A stretch of 63,988 nucleotides of DNA, filler included, from Sluysia triapertura (lineage: Eukaryota), in the NCBI GenBank assembly GCA_046118255.1. It is 4 parts of 4 records of this genome, joined end to end, with 100 filler letters (N's around TTAATTAATTAA, not from the genome) between each part and the next. Parts side by side here need not be neighbours in the genome. Positions count along the whole stretch, not along the records: positions 1 to 19,882 come from JBJNIA010045459.1; positions 19,983 to 34,491 come from JBJNIA010256520.1; 2 more parts are not named here. One strand, given 5' to 3'. A model generated the notes under the pieces. The model worked only from the letters and a program-made list of their open reading frames with translations, made no database searches and had not been told where the DNA came from. The stretch's first letter is position 1. Each line of letters begins with the position of its first letter. This document shows positions 13,491-28,385 of the stretch, piece by piece. Made by a program: the position numbers and the translations under genes.

Positions 13491-13699
13491 ACTGTAATTT
13501 GAATTAGTAATTAAATATAGCATAAAAATACTAATAATTTATGAAGGTAAAGCTACTTAGTTAATTAATAATAATTATAATAAAATAGTGAATAAAATCA
13601 AATAATAATATTCGAAATAAATTGCATAAATTCTTTTAATTTCTTTGGTACATAAACTTTCTTTCTTTGTATTCTTTCATAATATATAAAATCAAATGA

Positions 13700-14100
13700 A
13701 CTTTTATTTGTATTAAAATGTTTATGATGGTCTTGAAGTGCGTGTTAAATGGTTTTCCCAGATGTTAATGATTAATTGTGAAGGATTGGGAACTTGAAAT
13801 GTTTTGGTAAAATTTCAACATTTTCTATGATAATTCAAGATGTAAATTATGATTCTATTGTTGTAGAATATTGAGATAAAATTGTTTTAAATGAGATTTG
13901 AAACGTGCATTAATGGTACGAATGATGTTAAGGTGTTTAAAATTGAAAATAGAATATAAAATTAAAATAAATAAAATAAAATTAAAAATAGAATGTAGAA
14001 TATAAAATGTTAATAATTGAGATCTTACGGATGAAATGATTATTTTGAATTTTTTAAGTTGAAAAGGTTGACCACCACAGGAGTTATTTTTGCTAATCAC
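13700..14100 (-). mobile_element. Penelope-like element GIY-YIG C-terminal remnant
   Basis: Minus strand: NSCGGQPFQLKKF, IRTINARFKSHLK, NHNL, then frameshifted ENVEILPK...L..*SL. This resembles the PLE endonuclease pattern R.L..RFKEH / NVEIL / LESL. Confidence 0.55.
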
Positions 14101-15039
14101 TATGTAAAATATTACCTATATTGCAATCAGATGAAAATAAATGAGAATAATATTATTGCTCATTATACATAATTCATCAACATAAACAAAGAATTTGATT
14201 TGATGAATTTGAGTTAATTCTCCAAATCGAGCTTGTCGCTCATATCTTGCTTCTTCCGACTATTATCAGCATCGGTGAATGGCTGATGTTTATAAAGAAT
14301 GTGACCTTCAATAATTGTTGTGAAGAACTTAAACAGTATTAAGCTGTTAGTAAGATGATAGATCACATTTTCACTTAAATGTTTTTCGAAAATTATGCAA
14401 AACTTTTGTGGCAACTTTACATTATATGTTTGTCACACACGTCACTAACTTTGTTAATTTATGTCAATAACTGTGTTTTGACTAATTTTATAAAACAATA
14501 AATCAATAATACATATTAATTTATTTGTATAGTTTAATAATATTTATTGGATCTTTGGATAATTATATTAATAATTGGACAGTTAAATAATATTTCTACA
14601 TTTGGATAATTGTTAGTAATTTTATATTTGATTTTAAATTTTATTTTAAATTTTATATTAAAATAAATTTGAAAAATTGACTAACATTAAACATTTGTTT
14701 TAATAAATTAAAATGAAATAAGTAAACAGGGTCAAAAAAAACCATATAAAAGCATGTAACTTTACAATTCTTTCACTTTACAATTTTTGCATATAATTCT
14801 TGTACATCTAAACAAGTTGAAAAAGTGAAAATATTGGAAATTCATTACAGAACTTCGTATTTATTTGACAAATGACCCCTGAAATAAGAAAAAAATTTAA
14901 ATTGCTTTTGTTTTACAGGAAATTGCAATTTACCAGCATTTTCAGCTTAATACATTCTCTTATTACTTTACTAATTTTTAGATTTAGTAGGTATATTTTG
15001 CTTCTAATTTGTATGCCTGTTATTTATTTAGAACAATAT

Positions 15040-16210
15040 ATTGAATGTTTTGTAACTTAATGTCTGCTCTGCACTCTGTATTTGGCGATGCGAGTGAACT
15101 TCCTCACAATGTACTGCCAACAAATCTTCAAGTTGCACAGCATTTCTTGCATATAAAAAAAGAAAGAATGATTCAAACAAAGACAAATACAGAGCTGTGT
15201 CAGATGCTGTTATCAGTCTGCGGAACAAAGCTTCCATTCCAACGATGCATTACCGATCTGTAATCAAACGTGTGGAAGCAATGATTTCAACAGGTTCAGA
15301 ACTGTCTCGTTCTAAATCAAGTTCAACACGTCAGTCTACCTTTCTAGCCACTTTGGACTCATTGTTTGATATAGCTGCATGTAAGTGCAGTATGTCTTAT
15401 GACAATTCTACAAAACAAGTAAGCGTATCTTGTCATTGTCCTAGAAATTTGAAAGTTCCACCAGATGAAATGTTTTTATGTGATCAAAGAAACTCGCAAA
15501 ATGTTTATTGCAAATATGGACTTTCAAGCAACAACCAGATTCAGAAGCGCTTACAACGGAAAACTAAAGAAAAATCGAGATGTAAAATATCAAAATTTTC
15601 AGAGGCTGAGAGTAACTTAAATCTTAGTGAAGAACAATCTAGTAACAGTTGTGCAAGTGATCAAAGTGTTGTAGAGGAGAGCGATGACGAGGTACTTCAT
15701 GATAGTGATGATAAATACATCATAGTAGTGATGATGTAGCTGAAAGTCAGATGCGAATATCCCTTCCAAATTTTGCAAAAGAAGCAGACAGAGCTGCAGC
15801 ATCCCTAGCAACAGCAGTACTTATCGATGTTGGATTCATAACTAAGCAGAATCAGAGCTTTGTGATAGACAAGAATAAAGTACATTGTGAGAGGTTGAAG
15901 TTAAGAAAGGTTTTGCAATGTGATATGAGACAGTCACCAAATGTTATCACAGGTATTTACTTTGATGGTAGACGAAACACAACTTTGGTCAAAGCAAACA
16001 GAAATGCAAGTGGTATGGTGACACTACTGTTGAAGATGATTATGTTTTGGTGAAGAACCAGGCAGTAGCTATCTTACACATGTGATGCCTTCATCAGGCA
16101 AAAATATTGATATTGCTACCAGTATTGCAACTGTAATTAGAGAGCAAGATACAAGTGATAGTATCTTAGCAATAGTCTGTGACAATACAAATGCAAATGT
16201 TGGCAGTAAA
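15040..16210 (+). mobile_element. DNA transposon transposase pseudogene, Sola2-like, 3'-truncated
   Basis: Overlapping frameshifted ORFs: LPHNVLPTNLQV, LFDIAACKC..CHCPRNLKVP..FLCDQR, LPNFAKEADR, VIDKNKV, GIYFDGRRNTTL, YVLV-EPGSSYLTHVMPSSG and LAIVCDNTNANVG. GC is higher than the flanks. The superfamily assignment is from memory. Confidence 0.75.
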
Positions 16211-18969
16211 GTACGTACCTATATTCTGTGTGTAATTATCATTGCTTGACTGTTTATATTTGCAAACAATATTGATTTACGTTAGGTGTGTCTTATTATT
16301 TGATAAGTCTGCTTTGGTTGTCAATACCATTAAAGTGAGTATTTACAAGTGTCCAGAAATAATTTCTTTGTAATTTTCTTTCATTTCACATGCAAACGCA
16401 AAGTTTTCCTTTTAAAAGTTTTATTTTCAATTCACCCTAATATATTTTCAACCCACCCAAAAAAATATAAACACATCAAAAATAATTCTAAACGCGGCAT
16501 TTATTTACCAAATGTTAAACCCACGAAAACTAATGATATTGATTAGTATTAAAAATCACTTGTGTATATGCTTATAATTATTGCTTAAATATTGATCTCG
16601 AAATAGTTAATTTTATTTTGAAAATTTAGATATTATTTTAACGGATTTGATGGATTATTAATTGTGGAGATTGTAATCGTAATAACGGAAATGAATGGAA
16701 TATGCACATTCAATATGTAATGTCCCACGAATATTTAGGGAAAGAAAAATTTTGATAAATATTATCATTGTTAATAAATATAATCAAAGATGATATTAAA
16801 TATGGAACAGCATAATGAAAAATAAGTAAACAATATAATTGTTGATTCTATTGGAAAAATATTTTTTCCAGAATATGTGCTTTAAAAGACCCAAATAAAG
16901 AGTAAAGCCAAAATTCAGAAATTATATTCGTGTGAAATTGTGTGTGTATGTGACATTGTTTTTATTTGTTAGTGTATTCTGACACAACTTATTACGTAGG
17001 TTGCGATGAAATGGTGCACTAGATCTCATTTTTCTTGTTTGAGACCATTTTAAGTGGAATAAGTCAAGGGCTATTTTTGGATTGATCGAAAAATAGTTGA
17101 GAAATTCGGAGTAATGTCATGTACTATCCGACATTAAAACAGACAGTTCTAAGTATGATAAAATGTAGCAAATAATGTAGCAACTACTTTTATTATGTAA
17201 ACATGATCATACTTAACATGCTTCGATAGCTTTAGAACTGCAAATAACTTTAAAACATACTGTCTAAAATATAAACTTTATTTAAAACATCATTAAATGT
17301 TAAAATACAATTTATTTAATTTTTTTAATAAAATTAATATGTAAATAAAAACTGCAGTTAAATTCTTAATTTTAATTTTCCCACCGAGGATCCTTAAAAC
17401 ACAAGAAGCAATAAACGTGTGAATATCTATTTAACAAAAGTGGATGTAAAACATTGTTAGAAACAAACCTTATTAAAACACTAATGCATTCAATAATTAA
17501 TTCTACAAATACAGATGAAGATAATATTATAACTAGTAGTGGAATATTATTACCGTAAATAATTGGAACAATTTAACTGCAATAATTGTAATATCATTTA
17601 ATTTTAAATAAACAAAAGATGCGCGTAGAATCAATAGGATTATGAAAGTATGGAATATTACTTATAACGAACATAGTGAGACGACTAATGTAAATCATTA
17701 TATTGGAATTTGTGTTGAAGATTGTTGTGAAATAGTGTTAGTTAAATAATGAAGTACGATGGCGTAGGCTCACCACTATGATCAGAATTATAAATGGATA
17801 AGCAATGGTCAGGAATGTCAAATGATCAAAATAAATTTATTTAAGATGTAAATGAAAATTTAGAAAAATATTAGAATTTTAAAGTGATTTATGAATTTAT
17901 ATCTATTTTAATTATATGAATGTTTGAATTATGATACAAATTAATAAAATAAAGTAAAATCTTAATGATTAAATAAGAAAACTAATTGCTAATTCTCTTA
18001 ACAAACATTAAAAATATTATATATAAAATATCACGTGAAAATATTATATAAATCTAATTATACTAAAAATTTAAACTGTATTTCATTGTCTATAATATGA
18101 ATTTATTTAATATTATGTCATATGGGAAAAATAATGGATCAACAAATCATAACAATTAAATTTCATTCTAAAATTATAATATTAAGCAATAGACATTGTT
18201 TCTCACATTAATTAATTATTGTTCCATGATATTTATTACACTAAATGTTAGCATTTTTATAAGTTTGGTTTCTTGTATTGATGCTAGTTCTCAAAAATAC
18301 TAAATAAATCTATTTACAAACTTTGGCTATGCATGTTACAGCAATTGCTCAATTGGGAAGTCATGTATTTTTAGGGCCTCATTTTATTTTAGTATCATAT
18401 ATTTTCTACTATTTTATGGAAAGCTTCTTTATTTTAAGATATCCTGAATAATTTATGACCAATGAGTGATAATGATTCTTAAAAATTTGGAAAACTTTGA
18501 AATAAGAAAGATCAATATATTGATCTTTATTAATATACTGATTTCACAGAAGACACAAAACTATGATGACTTTCTTTTTTAAGAAATTTAGTTACATTAA
18601 GTCTATTGTATTTGATAATTTTCAATTATTAATCGTTAGCTGATATTTATGTTTATTTATACAGTTAGATTTGATTTTTTTTCAACGGATTTTTAAGAAG
18701 CATTAATTGTATTTAAATCATGGTTTTAATTTTTAATTGCGTAAAATATTTTTTAAAATTCTTATAATTTTAATTTCATTTTCTATCAGATAGATTATTG
18801 GTTCAAATATAATTTTATTTTTATTGTATTGATATTTTCACATGTTTTATTTTATGTAATTTTTATATTATTAGGTTTGAAAGATTATTCTTTATGGAAA
18901 AATGAGAAATCTCGAAATATATTTAAAGAGTATATGTTTAACTTTTTATTCCATTCATGTAAACAAACT

Positions 18970-19110
18970 TTGGCTATCATCTATTTTTCGGAGAAGTGTT
19001 GTATGAAACAAAATGTGTAGAGCAGTAACTGGACTATACCTGGGATGTGGCAGAAGAGTCCAATTAAATTCTGTTGGGACACTCTGAGTGACTTTTGAAA
19101 TATGTGATCT
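18970..19110 (-). mobile_element. mariner transposase C-terminal fragment
   Basis: EFNWTLLPHPRYSP matches the mariner WEVLPHPPYSPDL motif. Confidence 0.65.
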
Positions 19111-19882
19111 TTAAACATTTTCGAACTTTAACTTTTTTTGCTTAATCTACGTAATTTTTAACGTAGATGTCAAACAGCATCTTCAATAATTCCTAATGTA
19201 TGATTGCAGTTACATTCAGCAGTCCGTAATCAGACTGACCTAGATAAATTGATTCTTATCATTCCCATTTTTAATCTCCAAAAAAGTTCATTTCTCAATC
19301 TTGATGATAATTAAGTTATATTTGCTATTCTTCGATACTTCTTACCAAAATATGTAGAACCAAAACGCTGCATTTTAATCTTTCGGAAGAGTTTTAAGTG
19401 ATACATAATATTGTATGACTGTTTCGAAGTATCATGATTATTCTTCTATTTGTAATTCTTGGATTTGATTCAGCGAGAGTTAGAGCATCATTCTAAAGTT
19501 CCGAAAGTGTATCCTGTAAGTTGTACTTCTATCTAAATTTTTGAAACCACATTTCAACTCTATTAAGGCTTACAGATCTGATAAGTTTTTGAAATTTTAT
19601 TAAAACCTTCAGTGGATTAGGAACCATCGCTATACTGGAAATGAATGAAATGTCGAATATAAACCTTAACATGAAACGAAGCGTAATAATAAAACAAAAT
19701 AAATTTAACTTTGAAATTTAAATATAAGATTACATGTTGCTTATAATTATAATGAATATTTAAACAATATTTTACAATCGATTTAATCAATTTGAAGTCT
19801 GTATAAAAACTTTCCCCAAGGAATTTATTTACAACCTAATTAATTTTAAGTAGATAATTTTATATCTTTTTAATTTATTATA

Positions 19883-19982
19883 NNNNNNNNNNNNNNNNNN
19901 NNNNNNNNNNNNNNNNNNNNNNNNNNTTAATTAATTAANNNNNNNNNNNNNNNNNNNNNNNNNNNNNNNNNNNNNNNNNNNN
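19883..19982. other. Artificial contig spacer (N44-TTAATTAATTAA-N44)
   Basis: Exact 100-nt structure with stops in all six frames, repeated three times in the window. Confidence 0.95.
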
Positions 19983-22900
19983 AATGAAAATTAAAATTTA
20001 TATGATGACAAAGTTAATTATTAAAATATTTATAATTATTTTGAATGTTTATTATTTATATGATGATAAAGTTTTAAATTAGACTAATTACAATCAACTA
20101 GACTTTGATTTGGAAACTGACCTTGTGACTTTACTAACTTTACATAATTATTAGTTTAATATGGGTCTCACTATTTTTTTGAAGTATTTCTTCGAGTCTT
20201 GCTTGATTCGTTAATAGTTTTTTCTACTCTAGGATTATAGTATTTATACTAACGCTCTTTTTTAATACTAAATAGTACTCACATTGTTAATTACTCTGTT
20301 CTCTTTGAACTATATTTTTAAAATTTATCTTCAAACTTGTACTTTAATCTTTGTCAGATAAATCTGTAATTATTTGAATTTTTCTTTAAATACTTTTGAC
20401 AAATGTGTATTAATTATAGTAATTATTTCCCATCTTCAGTGTTACGGAAAAACTAAGTTACTACACCAAATTATCTAAATATTTCTTAAGCATATATGAT
20501 TAAAATTTGAATCATACACGATTCAAATAGAAGCAAATATTGAACGAATAGTAACGAGCAAAATCCATAGTAACAATTAATTGAATAAATGTTTTCTTAT
20601 AATTTTAGTCGTAACCAATAATGCTTAAGATATTTTGAATTGATATTATTTGCAGCTTTAGGATTTTATGTTTTTTATAAGCAAAAACAACTTATAGAAC
20701 AACTTACGATAGGTATACTAAGTAGAAATAAATGATTCATAATATTTCTTACGTTCAGTTACTCGGATACTACGTTCATTGGATTGTTTAAGAATGATCT
20801 TGTAGCTACAACTATCATGGTTCATTAACCTGTACAATAAGCTTTTAAAAACGGTGTTACATCCCAATTAATCGCAAAAGTATTAAAATACACACTAAAA
20901 TAAGATTAAATTTTAGTTATTATCTATTATCATTGTTATTTAATTTTATTAATGACATATACACCTCCACTGATTATATCTGAAAGTGTGTCGAAAGTCT
21001 CTAGTTTTAAATGTATGTTTCGTAAGGTCTTAATCATTAATGATCTTTCTTTTATTTTCACCTATTGGTCCCAATAAATCCTTTTATACATTTTCACATT
21101 TAAATTAATATTAATATCAAACAATACATTAACGATTAAGAAGTGATGAAAAATAAATTATAAAACAACTACGACTATTCATAAACAAAAAAATTAAATA
21201 CATAAAATAAAAGTATCCCCAAGTATCCAATAAATGTTATTAAAATTCAATTTTTATTATTTTTGAAATTAAATTATTCAACTAACATAGTTAAAAAAGC
21301 ATTAAATTGCCTGTTAAATTTATTTGGATTTTATAATAAATTACGATAAAATTCCAAAACAATTTCATTGTAATAAATTTAATAAAAAATTCATTTGAAA
21401 TTCTTATCCAATCAGATAAAATTCTATTATAAATTTTGTTATTTAGTTATATAATTATTAAATTTAGAATATAAAATTTATTAATATTATTATTATCCAT
21501 TAAATAAAAATTTCAAAATAAAATTTTAAATGTGAAAAATATGATAATATAAAAATAAAATATAAAAGTAAATAATTTATTAAAAAAATCAAATGAAAAA
21601 GAAAGTAATTTAAGCTAAAATGTAGAACAATTTTAAAAATTTATTCTACCATTTTTCATTTTATATAATATAATATATAATAATTATTATTTCTTTGAAA
21701 GAAAAGTAACATTTTTTGTTAATATTTCGTTATTAAAAGCATTTGTACTTTAAAAACAGTTTCCTATTGAAATTTAAATGAATATTTCGATTTCATTATT
21801 TACAAATTTTATTTTTTTAAGCTAAACTTTGTATTATAAAACAGCATATTTTTTGTTATATTTATATTGTTAGATAGCGAACAAATAAATATTATAATAA
21901 TATTAACAAAATAATATTTATTTACATAATATTAACAAAATAATTAATAATAATGAAATAATAATATTCAAATTTCATTAATAAAAATAATTATAATAAT
22001 AATTATATTAAAAGTTCATATAAGGCTCAATGCCTATTATGTTTAGTATGAGAAATGTGTAATATTGAAGTAATAGTACTACTCACTGAAAATAGTAACT
22101 ATTTTGACACAACAAAATTATTTATAAGTGTAATAAAAGCATCGATAGTAACAATACAAATTTAGAAAATACAACAACAACGCTACAAATCTTTTACAAA
22201 TTTCTACACAGCTTTACACCAACTGGAAAATAAAAGTAGTCTATCACTTTACCGTCTTTGAAATAAATAAAACATCATCTGTATTACTTATTTAAACACT
22301 ACTTTAAACAACTGATATAATCTTTATTAATTAAACCTTTTAAATAACTTTTAATTCATCATTTTCTTGTAAGGATTTCGATATATCTTAATTGTAATAT
22401 TTATTTTATTTTATTATTTAGTTTATTATTTATATTTATTATTTAGTTTAATTTTATTTATCACTTAGATAATAGAAATTCGGTTTTCAGCACCATTTTA
22501 AATAGTCGTTCCAGTTATAGCCAAAATCATTTAACAAAATCATTTAATTCTAAATGTGCATTAATCGTTCATGTACTACAATGACTATTAAATAAGAATT
22601 TACATTGCAATTAAGAAGATTAAAACATGATTAAATCATTTTAAATCATATAGGCAAGTATATGGCCAGTTGTAAGGCTTGGATAACATACGAATTTGAT
22701 TTATTTTATCAAAGTTTAGCTCGGAAACCCATAATTATTAATATATTTGGAATAATAAAAATAATTTTCTACTTAATGGTATAAAATTAGAAATATTTTT
22801 TTAAAATCTTTTTTGTTATTCTATTTCTAAGTAGTTATTATATTACTAGATAAATTGTTAATATTATTTACATTTTACTTTAAATATATTTGTTTAAATG

Positions 22901-25900
22901 CATTATTTGTTTTAAATTAGTACATAGTAACAAAACAGTTTGTATTGGTTTTGTAATAAAAATATTAAGAAAGATGATATTGTTTAAGCATTGAAACTAC
23001 AGTAAATATTAAATATATTTTTCCTAAACTATTTCTTGATTAATATTTTAATATTATAAAAAAAGGCTTTAAAATATTTATCTTATTTTTTTTATAATTT
23101 TAAAGTTTAAAATCATTTTCTTTTTTTTACAAATTTTTCCCCGTCTAATGTTTAACAACTTATACTTATGTTGCTTCTTGATACCACTAGTTGAATTTAT
23201 AAAATGTAAATAAATTTTATAATTTTATTTTATTTTACTACTTAATTGCAAACTATATGTGTTATTTCCTTTTTTGGGCTTTTAATTTTTGTCTCATTTT
23301 ATTTTCATTAATTTTCTTTTCTCTGTTTTCTTTTTCATTTTTCATTTTCTTCCACTTTTTCGTTTCTATGATTTATTAATTTGATATTATTTTATAATTA
23401 CATAAATAGACAAAAATGAGAAAAATTTTATTCAAAAATGACAAGACTTTATCATTATCAATATCATCAATATCATCATCATCATTATTATTATTATTAT
23501 CAAAATTAAAATTTTCTATTTCAAGTTAACAGTTTTCCTGTATTTCTGAATGCATATTTCAATATAAAAGTTAAATAAAAGTTATTAAAAAAGACATTTT
23601 AAATCAATTAAGAAATAAAAAACATAAAACTTTTCTTATTTTTTGTTTGTTTGTAATTATAATGCTATTTATTTTTTTAAATTTAAATTTAAATGTATTT
23701 CTAAAATTTAAGCAATCTTTGAAAAAATTTAAAGAAGATGTATATGGCAAATTAATTATGTAATAATTAACAAATAATTGATAATATCTAAAGTTTCAAA
23801 CATACAAGATAATCAATAAATTCTTATCTATTTTGTTTTTATTTCAAAATATACTTTTAATTGATTGGTTTGTATTTTTCAATTTTTCAGTAAAAATTTC
23901 GTTTCGAAGACAAGATATTGTGAAAAAGTATAAAGATTTGCTTAAACAATAAAATGAATAATATATTATACGATTGTAGTTTTATGAGTTGTAGGATTTT
24001 AAAGAATAATAGAAACGAGAACTAACTCGAGGTAAATAAAGTTGTGATTAATTTAAAATTCTCTTTCTTAAGTAGTTTTGATACGATCTTTTTAATTTTA
24101 TACTTAATAAAGAATTGAGGGTTATTTTACTTAGGTCACTTTTGTACATGAGACCTTAAAAATGTTATTTTAGTAGGTATCGTCTTAAATGAAACCTTAA
24201 AAATCGATAATTTAGTTGTTTTTTAAATCAAATCTTAAGAAATAATTTATGGAAATTTCTTCTAAAATGGAATCTTAAAAGAATTATTTTGAATATTATA
24301 AAATTTATTGGATAGATTACTCGGATTTTTTTATTAAACTAAACCTCTTAAAGATTTTAGGGTTAATTTATGAATTATTTTAAATACTAACAAAATATCT
24401 AAAATTTATTCAACAAAATTTATAAACGGTTTAATAATAAAAATAAAAAATTACAATAATTTAAAGCATAATATGAAATTTCAAGTATTTAAGTATAATC
24501 TCAAAAGATTTTATATCGATTTACTAGATTATTCTAATCTGATAATCCTTAGATTTAAGAATTTGAAGAAATTATTTTACTATGTTCCCACTTTAAAAGG
24601 TAATTGAAATGATTGAATATAGATTTTGAGTCCAATTTACAAAGCAATTTTAAATATTGCAAAAAACGAATAGAGAACAAACTAACAATGATTTCAGCCG
24701 AAAATATTTCTCAAGTACATTCATCATTTATCAGTAATTTAGAATTGTATTTCTGAATGAACAGCTAATTGATTTAAACTTTAAAACTGTATTTTTAAAA
24801 TTATAAGTGAACTAACTCATGGTTGTAAACACTAATTGCGTTTATTTTTATACTTAAATTTGACCTTAATCAAATTTAATTAATCACCGTTAATTAATTT
24901 AAACATTTTTTTAATAATTGTTTTATAATTTTATAATATAATATAATAAAATAAAACTATAAAATAATAAAATTAAAAATAAAATATTTATACATAAAAA
25001 ACCAAATATTCAAAATTATCATAAAATTGTCAGTTATTCAAAAAAGAATAAAAATGTTATATTATAAAATGTTATCATTATATTAATTACAATATAGTAC
25101 ATAGTAAACAAAATATGGAATGATAGAGTAATAAGAGCTTTTTTATAATAAATTTATTGAAAAAAAGGTTAGTTTTCGACTTCTGACAGGCCTAAGAATA
25201 AAGAAAATTCAAAGAAATTTTGAATAATGAAGAACAGTATTTTTACATTAGTAGATTAGTAGATTAGTAAAAATATCCGAGTATCACATGGATCATAACA
25301 AAATACACAAATATACCATAAGAAACACACACAATTCGTCAATTCTTTGATAAGATAATTTTGAGTAAGATAAATTAAGTGACAAATATCTCCAAACGCA
25401 CATCAACTGTCGCATAAGTATGCGTAAAGTGCAAGTAATAAAAACTTTAATAAATATTTAACGCATTATGAGTTTTTTAAATGAGTTTATTATAAAATAC
25501 GAAACGATGTACAAAATATTCTATATTATGAAGTTAAGCGAATCTTCTCAAATGCACCAAAAAAAATTTCGAATCATTATTTTTAAAAGTACAATTAATA
25601 ATGCATCATATAATGAACTTAAAAGGCGATCAGAATGCCAGTCAAACTTTAACCTTTGGATTAAAATGATAAATCTTTCGAAATTGTTATTTAAAATTAT
25701 AATAATCTTAGGGACTCGTTCCCTCATTAATATGAGAAAACATTAATTGTAAAACAAATTACGAAATTATGAAAATAATTACACCTAGTAGAGAACTACT
25801 CACATCTTTTGTAAAAATTATTAAACTTTACATGACTTCGATAATTTAACAGTTCTACAGAAAATTATATAACATTTTTCTATATAAATTATACAATGCA

Positions 25901-25946
25901 AGTTCAGTCTTCCAAAATTTTAAATAACACGAAAATACATACTGTA

Positions 25947-26109
25947 NNNNNNNNNNNNNNNNNNNNNNNNNNNNNNNNNNNNNNNNNNNNNNNNNNNNNN
26001 NNNNNNNNNNNNNNNNNNNNNNNNNNNNNNNNNNNNNNNNNNNNNNNNNNNNNNNNNNNNNNNNNNNNNNNNNNNNNNNNNNNNNNNNNNNNNNNNNNNN
26101 NNNNNNNNN
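25947..26109. other. Scaffold gap (163 N)
   Basis: N run without a linker. Confidence 0.97.
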
Positions 26110-27434
26110 AAAATGTTATTAAAAATCTTTTCAGATGGAAATAATACATTTATTATTGTAACATCAAATTTACGTAAATTTTATCTTTTGGAAAACATCA
26201 ATTTTACATTTTAACTAGATCAAAATAATTCACATTTGTAAACTGCACAATTAGCTGCTTGACTGAATCTCAAAAAGTTCTCCATTTCCAATCAAATTGT
26301 AATGAAAAATTTTATTTCTTAAACAAAAATTAAAACAATAATAAAGGATAAAAAAAAATTTTGAAAAATAATAATTATTATTGCAATAAAATAACAAATT
26401 TATTTTAATAATTATTTTATTATGTAAAACATAATAGTAAAATTTATACTACTGACAATAATAATAGTGATTACTATGATATTAAAAATGATTATAATGA
26501 TAATTATCAAGAAATTAGTATGAAATAAGAATAAATTCAATATATTTACTTTAATTTATGTTAATAATTTAAATAAATTAACCAATATTTAAAGTTTATA
26601 AGAGATACTGGCTCACTAGAAAATTGATATTTACTTTTATACTGTTTATATTTTTAATGGTAGAATATTTATTAATGATTTTTGATATGTTAGAGTTTAT
26701 ATGCAGGTAGATTATATAATGAGTTTGATGTTAGGTAACTTATTACTGATGAATTAATGTTTAGATTAAAGTTAAGTAACATTTATCTATTGTTATCTTG
26801 AGACTTTGACAACTATGTTCAGAAACAAACTAAAGAAGCAAAGAAAATAAAGATTGATTTACAAAGACCTAATGGTTTTATATCTTGAACGTTTGTAGAC
26901 AGCCATTTTATTCTGTCTCACAAACTGGTTTAATCAAACAAACCATCAAGAATAAAATGAAGAGTACTCAATCGGTATTTATATATACAGGAGACAAAGA
27001 AACTACTTCATATTTTGCTTCCTTATATGATAAAATCATTATATTAAAACTCATCCAATTTTTTGTTTTTATACTCATTTTGCGCTAGACACTCATTTAA
27101 CATGTATACAGTTTTTTTATTGGGCAAAGTGAAACTACTCTGAAGGAGGGGGAAGTATCAACAAAAATTTTCATACAGAATAAATATAATATAGTAATAT
27201 TTTTTTTATTTTTAACATAAGATTTACCTTAATTTTCTATGGTAAGTAGCAGATTTGTAATATTTGTTTGTTTAATTAGCTTGCTAGCACGCAATACAAA
27301 CACGAAGTGTATCATCTGAGAGACAAATACAATGTAACTGGGTAGAAAAAGCAATATATTAGTCATCGTAGCCCATAGGATTCTTAGAACGCAAAACAAT
27401 GATTTTCATAAATATAAAATTTAACTTAATTCTA

Positions 27435-27498
27435 AAAGTCGGGACAACTTGTGAAAAATCGGGACTGTCCCGCCAAAAGCGGACGTCTGGTCACTTTA
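27435..27498 (-). mobile_element. hAT (Blackjack-like) terminus
   Basis: The reverse complement reads TAAAGTGACCAGACGTCCGCTTTTGGCGGGACAGTCCCG with repeated CGGGAC subterminal motifs, resembling TAGGGTGACCA-type hAT ends. Confidence 0.6.
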
Positions 27499-28157
27499 AT
27501 AATGCCTTGTCTATATATTGTGCCTTAACGAAAAATCTTCTAATAAATACTGGTTCCTTGGATTTTTATTTTCGTCTTTCACAATATTTTTAAAAATTTC
27601 ATTTGTAATATTGTGATAAATTAAATCACATTACATAGTATGGTAAAACAACCTTAAGCACCAAAATTACCAGACATTCTTTAGATTTGTAGACATTTTT
27701 CTGTCATTGTAGACTAATTAAATTTTTGAAATATTAATAAAATAAGATGAAACAAATTTTTTTAATATATATCAATAGTTATTATTATTATTATTATAAA
27801 AATATTAAATAAGAAAACAATGATCGAAAAGAAAAATTTATATCAGTAATAATAAATATGTTAAAAATAATAGAAATAAAGTCTTACAATAATAAAACAA
27901 AATAAACAATGATAATTATACTAAAAATAATACAAAATAGGAAAGATAAATTTATCTTTTAGGTGATATTAGCGTTAATTCATTAAAATATTTATTTTAT
28001 GATGGGTGTTAGTGCTAATAAAAATAGATAATGAAAAAATGAACATGAATTGATAAAATCGAATCTTTTAGTGTGCGAAGGTTTGAAAATGTGTAATAGT
28101 TGATGTTGAATATAATTTTATGACTGTTTAATATCTACATTATTTGTGAATGATGAA

Positions 28158-28213
28158 TAACATTGTATTATAATAACATTGTATTATAACATTGTATTAT
28201 ACATTGTATTATT
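28158..28213 (+). repeat. Short tandem repeat (ACATTGTATTAT, about 4 copies)
   Basis: Read directly. Confidence 0.8.
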
Positions 28214-28385
28214 AGTATAACATATTATTTATTAATTTTTAAAATCTAAAATTGATTTAATTTAAATTTATGTAAAATAAAAATTATTTCAAAGTAAAAT
28301 TAAAATCATAATCATTAAGATTATAATGCTTTATATCAATTTAAACTGCGATTTGATAAAGTTAATATAAATTCAAAATTTAATA

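Noticed and set aside
13475-13510. Intact hammerhead ribozyme
   Set aside because: CTGATGA is present but I could not place a GAAA box and cleavage triplet. Kept only as a hypothesis.
19927-19938. TTAATTAATTAA palindrome repeated three times between N runs
   Set aside because: Artificial six-frame-stop linker, not biological. No synteny claims were made across it.
25896-26149. ORFs spanning the N gap
   Set aside because: Open only because N codons contain no stops.
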